Below, one piece after another: positions 38,578-46,349 of a DNA stretch of 46,349 bases. The stretch comes from Phyllobacteriaceae bacterium (lineage in GTDB: Bacteria > Pseudomonadota > Alphaproteobacteria > Rhizobiales > Rhizobiaceae). The first letter of the stretch is position 1. Each line of letters begins with the position of its first letter. The translations under genes and the position numbers were made by a program. The notes under the pieces were generated by a model. The model was given only the letters and a program-made list of their open reading frames with translations. It did not search any database and was not told where the DNA came from. The stretch is taken from contig JANMEX010000483.1 in the NCBI GenBank assembly GCA_031377485.1, positions 1 through 46,349 of the forward strand, in the 5' to 3' direction.

Positions 38578-41500
38578 TCACCCCCGCCCAAATCCCCCCG
38601 GCGTCGGCGTCGTGACAATCACCGCGTCGCCTACTTCTAGCACGGTCTGATCACAGGCTTTCAGCCTCGCCACGCCTCCATCTGCACGCCGCACTTCGGT
38701 CTTGCCGACTTCGCCATTGCCGCCGCCGTCTAACCCTTCGGGCGGTCTGCCCCGGTGGCTGGAGAGGATGGCGCAGTCCATTTTTTCGAGGAAGCGGATG
38801 GTGCGGCTGGTGCCGTCGCCGCCTTTGTGTTGGCCTTTGCCGCCGGAATTTTCCCGGATGTGGAAATCTTCCAGAAGGACCGGATAGCGCATTTCGAGGA
38901 TTTCCGGGTCGGTGAGGCGGGAGTTGGTCATGTGGGTGTGGACGCCCGCCGTGCCGCCAAAACCTTCGCCATTGTTGAGCTTTCCGGCGGGGGAGCCGGA
39001 GCAGATTGTTTCGTAATATTGGTAGGTTTGGTTGCCGAAGGTGAGGTTGTTCATGGTGCCTTGGGCATCGGCCATGGCGCCCAGAGCCTGAAAAATCGCG
39101 TTGGTGACATGCTGCGAGGTCTCGACGTTGCCGGCGACAACTGCGGCGGGGTAGGCGGGTTTCAGCATCGAGCCTTCGGGGACGATGATGTTTATGGGGC
39201 GCAGGCAGCCGGCGTTCATCGGGATGTTGTTTTCGACCATGACGCGGAAGGCATAAAGGACGGCGGCGCGGGTCACCGGCTCCGGGGCGTTGAAATTGTT
39301 TTGTCGGACAGGCGAGGTGCCGGTGAAATCGACGGTGGCTTCGCGCTTTTCCCGATCAACAGTGATCTTGACCTTGATGATCTGGCCCGTGTCCGTCGGA
39401 TAGTCGCAGGCGCATTCCTCAGGCAGGCGGTCTAGGACGCGGCGGACGCTTTCTGCGGCGTTGTCTTGCACGTGGCCCATGTAGGCTTCGACCGTGGCGA
39501 GGCCGAAATGGGCAACCATCTTGCGCAATTCCTGCACGCCCTTGGCGTTGGCGGCCACTTGCGCTTTAAGGTCTGCGACATTCTGCGCGACGTTGCGGAC
39601 GGGATATTGGTGGTTGGTCAGGATGTCGATGAGTTCGGCCTCGCGGAAGTGTCCTCCTTCCACGAGGTGGAAATTGTCGATCAGCACGCCTTCCTGCTCG
39701 ACTGAGGTGGCAAGTGGCGTCATCGAGCCGGGGGCAATGCCACCGATGTCGGCATGGTGGCCGCGGGCGGCGACATAGAAGAGGATTGTTTTTGCTGTGT
39801 CGTCAAACACCGGCGTCACCACCGTTATGTCCGGCAAATGTGTGCCGCCGTTGTAGGGGGCGTTGAGGGCGTAGACGTCGCCGGGGCGCATGCGACCCTC
39901 GTTGAGACGGATGATGGTTTCGACGGAGCGGTCCATCGAGCCAAGGTGGACCGGCATGTGCGGGGCGTTGGCGACAAGCGCACCGGTGCGGTCAAACACG
40001 GCGCAGGAGAAATCGAGCCGCTCCTTGATGTTGACGGAACTGGCCGTGTTTTGCAGCGTGAAGCCCATCTGTTCTGCGATCGACATGAAGAGGTTGTTGA
40101 AAACCTCCAGCATGACCGGATCGGCGTTGGTACCGATGGCGTGGGCGTTTGTTCGGGCTGTGGCGCGGCGCAGCAGGATGTGGTTGCGGGCGGTCACTTC
40201 AAGCCGCCACTCCGGTTCTATGACGATGGTCTGGTGCGGTTCTATGACGAGGGCGGGGCCAGCGAGAGTGTGGCCGGGCTCGAGATCGGCACGCAGCGCA
40301 ATGGTGGCGTCCAGCCATTTGCCGCCGGTGAAGATGGGCGCGGTTTTGGCGGATATGAATGCGGTCTTTTCTGCGGCCTTGAGTTCCGCCTCGGCGAAGT
40401 TTCCGGCGCGCTCGTCTGTGGCTTCGACGGCGATGGTTTCGAGGATGATGGTTCGGTTTTCGTAAGTGAAGCCGAAGCGTTCATTGTGGGTGGCCGTGAA
40501 AGTGGCAATGAGAGCAGCGCAGGTTTCACCGTTGAATTCGACGGGAAGTGTGGTGTCCGTGCCCTCATACCGCAAATGGAAGAGCGTACGCAGGCGACAG
40601 TCGGAAATTGCAACACCTTGATTGCCAAGTTCGGCGGTCACAGCCTTTGTGAGTGTGTCCATGGCCGCTTCAATGCCGGGCAGGTTTGTTTCCTCCAGTT
40701 CCACGATCACCGCCTGTTGGCGGCTGGCGAACAGGCTGGAGAGGCCGATGCCGTATGCAGACAGGAGGCCGGACATGGGGTGGACGAGGACGGCTTCCAT
40801 GCCGAGCGCATCGGCAACCAGACAGGCGTGCTGGCCTCCCGCGCCGCCGAAGCAGTTGAGGAGATATCCGGTGACGTCATAGCCGCGCTGGACCGAGATT
40901 TTTTTGATGGCGTTGGCCATGTTTTCGACCGCGACAGTGATAAAGCCTTCGGCGACTTGCTCGGGCGTCTGGCCGTTGCCGATTCCTGACGCAAGCTGTG
41001 CGAATTTTGCGCGGACGGCAGTGACATCGAGCAACTGGTTCTGGTCCGGGCCGAAGATGGCGGGGAAGAATTCGGGGCGCAATTTGCCGGTCATGACGTT
41101 GGCGTCGGTGACGGCGAGCGGACCGCCGCGCCTGTATGCGGCAGGGCCGGGATTGGCGCCCGCTGAGTCCGGTCCGGCCTTGAAGCGCCCGTCTTCAAAA
41201 TGAAGGATCGAGCCGCCGCCCGCGGCAACGGTATGGATGCGCATCATTGGCGCGCGGATGCGAACCCCAGCGACCTCGGTGTCGAAGGCGCGCTCGTGCT
41301 CGCCATCAAAATGGGCAACGTCAGTAGAGGTGCCGCCCATGTCAAAACCTATGACCTTGTCAAAGCCCGCAAGGCGCGCGGTTTCAACCATGCCAACCAC
41401 GCCGCCGGCGGGGCCGGAGAGAATGGCGTCCTTGCCCTGAAAGAGTTCGGCATCGGTAAGCCCGCCGGAAGACATCATGAACAGCAGTTTCGGATCGTCC

Positions 41501-42207
41501 TTATGACCGGTGAGGCCGAGGGCGTCCGCGACCTGGGCAACATAGCGGCGCAGGATCGGCGACAGATAGGCATCAACTACGGTGGTGTCGCCGCGCCCGA
41601 CCAGCTTGGCGAGAGGTGATACTTTATGACTGACGGAGATTTGGGCAAAGCCAGCGCTCTGCAATTCGGTTTCGATGGCCAATTCATGTGCGGGATATTT
41701 CCAAGCGTGCATCAAGACGAGCGCAACGGCATCGAAGCCGTCAGATTTGGCTTTTGCAAGCTGCGGAACAAGGGCGGACATGTCCAACGCCGCTTCAACT
41801 ATGCCATCGGCGCGGACGCGCTCTTCGACCTCGATCACGTGGCTGTAGAGTTGCTCCGGCAGAATGATCTGTTTGGCGAAAATATCAGGACGGGCCTGAT
41901 AAGCAATGCGCAGGGCGTCGCGAAATCCTTTGGTGATCAGGAGAAGGGTGCGATCGCCCTTGCGCTCGAGAAGCGCGTTGGTGGCGACAGTGGTGCCCAT
42001 ACGGATTTCGCTGACTTGATTGAGCGGGAAGGCATCCCCCGATTTCAAACCCAGCAGATCACGCATCCCTTGTATGGCGGAGTCTTTCCAAGCTTCCGGA
42101 TTTTCGGACAGAAGCTTGTGGGCGATGAGCGCGCCATCCGGGGTGCGCCCGATCACGTCGGTGAAAGTGCCGCCACGGTCAATCCAGAAGTCCCATTTGC
42201 CGATCAT
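38578..42207 (-). CDS. Fused HyuA/HyuB 5-oxoprolinase (ATP-hydrolysing), OPLAH type
   Basis: About 1,200 aa. The N-terminal hydantoinase A region ([21 protein letters not shown]) is followed by a hydantoinase B region. The ATG at 42207 is preferred over the GTG at 42246. Confidence 0.92.
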   Translation of the reverse strand: MIGKWDFWIDRGGTFTDVIGRTPDGALIAHKLLSENPEAWKDSAIQGMRDLLGLKSGDAFPLNQVSEIRMGTTVATNALLERKGDRTLLLITKGFRDALRIAYQARPDIFAKQIILPEQLYSHVIEVEERVRADGIVEAALDMSALVPQLAKAKSDGFDAVALVLMHAWKYPAHELAIETELQSAGFAQISVSHKVSPLAKLVGRGDTTVVDAYLSPILRRYVAQVADALGLTGHKDDPKLLFMMSSGGLTDAELFQGKDAILSGPAGGVVGMVETARLAGFDKVIGFDMGGTSTDVAHFDGEHERAFDTEVAGVRIRAPMMRIHTVAAGGGSILHFEDGRFKAGPDSAGANPGPAAYRRGGPLAVTDANVMTGKLRPEFFPAIFGPDQNQLLDVTAVRAKFAQLASGIGNGQTPEQVAEGFITVAVENMANAIKKISVQRGYDVTGYLLNCFGGAGGQHACLVADALGMEAVLVHPMSGLLSAYGIGLSSLFASRQQAVIVELEETNLPGIEAAMDTLTKAVTAELGNQGVAISDCRLRTLFHLRYEGTDTTLPVEFNGETCAALIATFTATHNERFGFTYENRTIILETIAVEATDERAGNFAEAELKAAEKTAFISAKTAPIFTGGKWLDATIALRADLEPGHTLAGPALVIEPHQTIVIEPEWRLEVTARNHILLRRATARTNAHAIGTNADPVMLEVFNNLFMSIAEQMGFTLQNTASSVNIKERLDFSCAVFDRTGALVANAPHMPVHLGSMDRSVETIIRLNEGRMRPGDVYALNAPYNGGTHLPDITVVTPVFDDTAKTILFYVAARGHHADIGGIAPGSMTPLATSVEQEGVLIDNFHLVEGGHFREAELIDILTNHQYPVRNVAQNVADLKAQVAANAKGVQELRKMVAHFGLATVEAYMGHVQDNAAESVRRVLDRLPEECACDYPTDTGQIIKVKITVDREKREATVDFTGTSPVRQNNFNAPEPVTRAAVLYAFRVMVENNIPMNAGCLRPINIIVPEGSMLKPAYPAAVVAGNVETSQHVTNAIFQALGAMADAQGTMNNLTFGNQTYQYYETICSGSPAGKLNNGEGFGGTAGVHTHMTNSRLTDPEILEMRYPVLLEDFHIRENSGGKGQHKGGDGTSRTIRFLEKMDCAILSSHRGRPPEGLDGGGNGEVGKTEVRRADGGVARLKACDQTVLEVGDAVIVTTPTPGGFGRG

Positions 42208-42420
42208 TGTGTTTTCTATTGCCTTAATGTCTGACTTGTCACGCACGAGATTATTGTTTGATATCGAAATATCGGGTGATCAAATCGATTTTAATCACCA
42301 AAAAGTGTGTTGCAGTGCACTAAACTTGGTGCGTTGCCACAATCTGCTGTAAACCTGCCACAATTGGGCGCAAAAGGAACGTCGTCGCGGCACGGAATCG
42401 CCGCTTGGAGGTATTACAAA

Positions 42421-42819
42421 ATGAAGAAGTTCCTTATCCTCGCTGCTTCGGTATCTGCTCTGGCTCTGGCTGGCTGCAACAAAGCCGAAGAAAAGAAAGA
42501 AGCAGCTCCGGCCGCTCCTGCTGCTGCTCCGGCCGCAGAACCTGCAAAGCCGGCAGCTGACGCTGCTGCTCCGGCTGCTGCTGAACCAGCTGCTCCGGCC
42601 GCTGCTGCACCGGCTGGCATTGATGCCGGCGTTCAGACCATGATCGATGGCTTCAAGGCAACTGCTGCCACGATGACCGCCGAACAGAAGACTGCCGCTC
42701 TGGCATCGGTTCGTACCGCCGCTGAAGCTGCTGCCAAGACTGCAGGCGGCGACGATGCTGCTGCCAAGACCGCTGGCGACGCTGCTGAAGCTGCTGCCAA
42801 GACCGCTCTCGGCATGTAA
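42421..42819 (+). CDS. Ala/Pro-rich lipoprotein
   Basis: Lipobox LALAGC after MKKFLILAASVSA and GGAGG upstream. It has a long AP-rich low-complexity linker and a repetitive AAAKTAG C-terminus. Confidence 0.75.
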   Translation: MKKFLILAASVSALALAGCNKAEEKKEAAPAAPAAAPAAEPAKPAADAAAPAAAEPAAPAAAAPAGIDAGVQTMIDGFKATAATMTAEQKTAALASVRTAAEAAAKTAGGDDAAAKTAGDAAEAAAKTALGM

Positions 42820-42836
42820 TCCTTACGGATTTGATG

Positions 42837-42869
42837 AAACCGGCTGGGGGAAACTCCAGCCGGTTTTTT
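42837..42869 (+). terminator. Rho-independent terminator after the lipoprotein gene
   Basis: 11-bp stem AAACCGGCTGG/CCAGCCGGTTT with an 8-nt loop and then a T run. It overlaps the stop codon of the convergent EamA gene. Confidence 0.85.
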
Positions 42870-43752
42870 ATTGACCATGGCGTTCAATAGGCGCCCGCCG
42901 CGCGATCGCAACAAGCGCGACAACAGCGCCCGCAAAAGCGATCGTGTCCCAGCCGATCTTTTCGCCTACGAGCAGGGCCGACAGGCCGAGGGTAAAGAAG
43001 GTCTGCAGCAGTTGCACTTGCCCGACACGGGCGATGCCCCCCATGCCCAGACCAATGTTCCAAGCGAAAAATCCGAGAAGCATCGAAAAGAAGCCGAGAT
43101 ACATCAGCGCCCAGATGGCCGATGGTGTCGGGCTGAAAAAACGTGGTTCCCAGACATACCATGCACCGATAAAAGTGATGGGGCTGACCAGAACCAGCGC
43201 CCAGCAAATGACCTCCCAGCCGGTCATGTGCCGTGTAAGTTTGCCGGAGATGACGTAGCCTAGTGAGCAGAACGGGCAGGCTAAAAACATCCAGATGTCA
43301 CCGGTCGAGAACTGAAACCCGCTTTCGCGCAATGCAAAGGCTGCAACCAGCACGCCGCCGAGAATCGTGCATCCCCAAAAAAGCGGCGAGGGACGGTCGC
43401 CGTCAATCAGCGCCGCAAAAAGCGCTGTCAGAATTGGCAGCATGCCCATAATGACCCCGCCGTGGGAAGCCGGGATGGTCTTGAAAGCCAGCGCCATCAT
43501 GCCAGGGAAAACTATGACCAACAGTACGCCTGCGGCAAATGCAGGAAAGCGGTGTCTTTTTCCAATCGGGCGGCGCACTATCATCAAGGCGATCACCGCG
43601 CCGAATGTTGCAAGTGCGGCGCGACCAAAGGTGATGAACCAGGGCGAAAAGCTTTCCAAAGCCATGCGCGTGAAGGGCGCAGACCCAGCAAACATCATCA
43701 CGGCGAGAAGGCCGAGAAAAAATCCCGTCAGTTCGCGCTGTTTTGGCTGCAT
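42868..43752 (-). CDS. EamA/DMT family transporter
   Basis: Ten-TM profile with duplicated EamA domains; 294 aa. Confidence 0.88.
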   Translation of the reverse strand: MQPKQRELTGFFLGLLAVMMFAGSAPFTRMALESFSPWFITFGRAALATFGAVIALMIVRRPIGKRHRFPAFAAGVLLVIVFPGMMALAFKTIPASHGGVIMGMLPILTALFAALIDGDRPSPLFWGCTILGGVLVAAFALRESGFQFSTGDIWMFLACPFCSLGYVISGKLTRHMTGWEVICWALVLVSPITFIGAWYVWEPRFFSPTPSAIWALMYLGFFSMLLGFFAWNIGLGMGGIARVGQVQLLQTFFTLGLSALLVGEKIGWDTIAFAGAVVALVAIARRAPIERHGQ

Positions 43753-43899
43753 GTTGAATCACCCCCCGAAACCTTAAGGTTCGGCGATTGCTATCGATAA
43801 ATCCAGACAATTTGAATGTGGCAATCCATCACCATGGTGAATGGATTGTTCGAATGTTCCGTCTCGATTTTGGCGAAGGCTTGGGATAAAAGCAGCGCC

Positions 43900-44610
43900 A
43901 TGTCGATTTGGTCCAACATTGGGGATGTCTTGTCCCGCATGACCACAGGTGCGGTCTCCTCGCTGGTGGAGGCTGTGCGCTCGGTGCTGGAAGGCGATCC
44001 GGCGACGCGGCGGCGCGTGGCGTTTTCGGTGGCCATGATTGCCCTTTCGGCAAAGATGGCCAAAGCTGATGGCATCGTCACCTTTGACGAGATGCAGGCA
44101 TTCCAGCAGATTTTCCATATTCCCGAAGGCGAAGAGCGCAATGTGTCGCGGTTGTTTGATCTCGCCAAGCAGGACACTGCTGGTTTTGAGGCTTACGCCG
44201 GTCAGATTGCAAATCTCTGCGGCTCTGGCCAAGACAATTGCCCGGCGCTGGAAGACATTCTTGATGGGCTGTTCCATATTGCCAAGGCAGACGGTGCTTT
44301 CCACGAAAGTGAACTTCAGTTTCTGGAAGCGACGGCGGTTATTTTCAAACTCGATGAGCGGCACTATCAATCCATCCTTGCCCGGCACGGTGCGGATGGT
44401 GAACCGGATCCTTATGCGGTGCTTGGATTGAAACGGGGAGTTGGTCTTGATGAGGCGCGCAAAGCCTGGCGCAAACTTGTGCAGGAAAATCATCCGGATA
44501 TTTTGATTGGCCGCGGTGTTCCTGTTGAATTTATCGCCATTGCCAACGAACGGATAAAGGGCATCAATCGTGCGTGGACGCGGCTGCAGGCCGAGTTGGA
44601 ACCTGCATGA
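43900..44610 (+). CDS. djlA: DjlA-like co-chaperone (TerB-like domain plus C-terminal J domain)
   Basis: A TerB-type segment (ALSAKMAKADGIVTFDEMQAF...HIAKADGAFHESELQFL) is followed by a J domain (DPYAVLGLKRG...ENHPD). ATG at 43900. Confidence 0.85.
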   Translation: MSIWSNIGDVLSRMTTGAVSSLVEAVRSVLEGDPATRRRVAFSVAMIALSAKMAKADGIVTFDEMQAFQQIFHIPEGEERNVSRLFDLAKQDTAGFEAYAGQIANLCGSGQDNCPALEDILDGLFHIAKADGAFHESELQFLEATAVIFKLDERHYQSILARHGADGEPDPYAVLGLKRGVGLDEARKAWRKLVQENHPDILIGRGVPVEFIAIANERIKGINRAWTRLQAELEPA

Positions 44611-45371
44611 CCTTGATACGTGCCGACCACCGCAGCGCCGAAGTGCGCCCGTCGCCGAACTTTGGCGAACGCAAGGATGGCAAATCCATCACCACGATCA
44701 TATTGCATTACACAGGCATGGTCGGCGGCAAGGACGCGGAAGACTGGCTGTGCAATTCAGACTCGGAAGTTTCCTCGCACTATCTGGTGCACGAGGACGG
44801 GCATATTGTGCAAATGGTGGCCGAAGCCGATCGCGCCTGGCACGCGGGCAAAAGTTTCTGGCATGGCGAACGTGATCTGAACTCCGTTTCAATTGGCATC
44901 GAGATCGTCAATCCGGGACATATTTTGGGTTACACGCCGTTTCCTGCGAAGCAGATCAGTGCTGTCACACGGCTTTGCCGCGGTATTGTTTTGCGCCACG
45001 CAATTGCGCCGGCCATGGTGCTTGCGCATTCGGATATTGCGCCGGGGCGCAAGATTGATCCGGGTGAATTGTTTCCGTGGGCCAAACTGGCGACCAAGGG
45101 GATCGGGCATTATATCGAGCCTGAGCCTATCAGCGGCGGACGGTTTTTCACAACTGGCGATGAGGGGCAACCTGTCGAAGCGCTGCAATCCATGCTGGCG
45201 CTTTACGGCTACGAAATGCCGGTGACCGGCGTCTATGACGCGCAGACTGAGAAAATTGTCCGCGCTTTCCAGCGCCATTTCCGGCCGGAGAAAGTCGATG
45301 GCGTTGCCGATGTTTCAACGATTTCCACGCTCCACAAATTGCTGAGGTCAGTACCGAAACGTACAAGTTGA
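44607..45371 (+). CDS. N-acetylmuramoyl-L-alanine amidase (AmpD/Amidase_2) with a C-terminal peptidoglycan-binding domain
   Basis: PSPNFGER...IILHYTG...SSHYLVHEDG...AWHAG...SIGIEI amidase_2 blocks, plus a PG_binding_1-like tail. ATGA overlap with djlA. Confidence 0.9.
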   Translation: MTLIRADHRSAEVRPSPNFGERKDGKSITTIILHYTGMVGGKDAEDWLCNSDSEVSSHYLVHEDGHIVQMVAEADRAWHAGKSFWHGERDLNSVSIGIEIVNPGHILGYTPFPAKQISAVTRLCRGIVLRHAIAPAMVLAHSDIAPGRKIDPGELFPWAKLATKGIGHYIEPEPISGGRFFTTGDEGQPVEALQSMLALYGYEMPVTGVYDAQTEKIVRAFQRHFRPEKVDGVADVSTISTLHKLLRSVPKRTS

Positions 45372-45608
45372 ACTATATCCAAGCTCAAGTGTAACAAACT
45401 GTAACCCTAATTCATTTTTGCCGCCTAATTTAGTGCCATATTTTCTGTTCAAAGGCGCTATCCGGAAGATCAGCTAAGATGACTTCCGCATGTTCGGAAG
45501 GCATGGCAGCGTGAAGAAGCGGTAACGCATTCCCTGTTGTGCCTCAAGCCAACACCGGTTGTCACAAAGACTGACTTAATCTCCGGATAGATAGGGATAA
45601 ACCATTCG

Positions 45609-46055
45609 ATGATCTCCAAAATATTTGCGGCGATTCTTGCCGCTGCTGCCGCTTTGACTTTTTCTGCGCCTGCTTTTGCCAGCCCTTATGAAATCATCAT
45701 TTCGAAATATGCCCGTAGCTACGGCGTGCCGATCAGTTTGGCCAAGGCCGTGGTCCAGATTGAGAGCAGCTACCGTCCCAACCTTCGCGGCAAGGCTGGC
45801 GAAATTGGCCTGATGCAGGTGAAACTTTCTACCGCGCGCGGGCTTGGCTACACCGGTTCTGCCAAGGCTTTGTATAATCCGGATATCAACATCCGTTATG
45901 GGATGAAATATCTTGCCATGGCGCATAAGCTTGGCGGCAAAACTACCTGCGGTACGATCCTGCGCTACAATGCTGGCCATGGCGCGAAGCGGATGAATCC
46001 CATCTCTGCCGCGTACTGCTCCAAAGTTAAGCGGGTGATGGGTGTCAGTGCGTAA
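45609..46055 (+). CDS. Small secreted lytic transglycosylase (SLT domain)
   Basis: Signal peptide, catalytic ES motif (VVQIESSYRP), GEIGLMQV and the YNAG motif. Confidence 0.88.
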   Translation: MISKIFAAILAAAAALTFSAPAFASPYEIIISKYARSYGVPISLAKAVVQIESSYRPNLRGKAGEIGLMQVKLSTARGLGYTGSAKALYNPDINIRYGMKYLAMAHKLGGKTTCGTILRYNAGHGAKRMNPISAAYCSKVKRVMGVSA

Positions 46056-46089
46056 TCTTTCCGTTTGCCTTTTTCCGGCTGACAAGGTT

Positions 46090-46349
46090 TAACCGCCGCG
46101 CCAGCAGGCCGGGCGGCCGCGCATGTCAAAAGCCGAAAGGCGGCATGTGAGGAAAGTCCGGGCTCCACGGAAAAACGGCGCCGGCTAACGGCCGGCGGGG
46201 GTGACCCTAGGGAAAGTGCCACAGAGAACAGACCGCCGGGCATCTGTCCGGTAAGGGTGAAACGGTGGGGTAAAAGCCCACCGCGCGAGCGGTAACGCAA
46301 GCGGCACGGCAAACCCCGCCGGGAGCAAAACCGAATAGGGACACCGCGG
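46090..46349 (+). ncRNA. rnpB: RNase P RNA, bacterial type A, 5' ~250 nt (truncated by the window end)
   Basis: Universally conserved blocks in order: GAGGAAAGTCCGGGCTCCA, GGGAAAGTGCCACAGA, GTAAGGGTGAAA, GGTGGGGTAAAAGCCCACCGC, GGCAAACCCCGCCGGGAGCAA. The exact 5' end is estimated. Confidence 0.93.

Noticed and set aside
39754-40989. 411-aa plus-strand ORF, with neighbours at 38755-39435 and 41626-42234
   Set aside because: All are antisense to the 5-oxoprolinase gene. They are Gly/Asp/Val/Ala-rich and low in complexity, and they have no start context or domain signature.
45965-46312. 115-aa minus-strand ORF
   Set aside because: It overlaps the rnpB RNA gene, and the conserved RNase P blocks explain the sequence.
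1-46349. CRISPR arrays, transposases, integrases, prophage modules, tRNA and rRNA genes
   Set aside because: No regularly spaced direct repeats were seen. No ORF has recombinase, transposase or phage structural motifs, and there is no tRNA T-arm or rRNA-like sequence in any intergenic region.

Overview
This window looks like a gene-dense chromosomal core region of an alphaproteobacterium of the Rhizobiales/Hyphomicrobiales type. The evidence is a Porin_2-type outer-membrane porin, a DUF1344 protein, a sahR-metF pair and a type-A RNase P RNA with alphaproteobacterial features. About 45 protein genes are supported and most are housekeeping: ettA, ubiA, purD, pdxH, fabI, aroC, ribB-type, xseB, dxs, tlyA, prmB, metF, an OPLAH-type 5-oxoprolinase and a beta-oxidation pair. 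There are also several cell-envelope genes: two GH25 muramidase-like genes, an AmpD-type amidase, an SLT lytic transglycosylase, a beta-lactamase-fold serine hydrolase and two EamA transporters. The 3' edge of the window cuts through rnpB (RNase P RNA). I found no tRNA, rRNA, CRISPR array, integrase, transposase or prophage module. The only patch that does not look like core metabolism is about 33.5-38.6 kb. It holds a Cys-rich secreted protein, a GH25 lipoprotein divergent from a serine hydrolase, a Trp/Gly-rich secreted protein and an orphan AlbA_2 (Schlafen-like) domain protein with an unassignable C-terminal region of about 300 aa. The items most worth follow-up are:
- the orphan AlbA_2 protein;
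- a self-contained transcription unit for a 28-aa hydrophobic peptide next to metF;
- a perfect 8-N6-8 palindrome in front of the SahR-type ArsR/methyltransferase regulator;
- a RibB protein whose GTP-cyclohydrolase-II-like domain has lost all zinc-ligand cysteines.
None of these is demonstrably a new multi-gene system. I saw no clear novel multi-gene system in this window. Many ORF-track starts are over-extended or use TTG/GTG, so I trimmed starts where an ATG with a Shine-Dalgarno (SD) sequence or a signal peptide made the choice clear. The many long antisense ORFs are treated as GC-driven artefacts.
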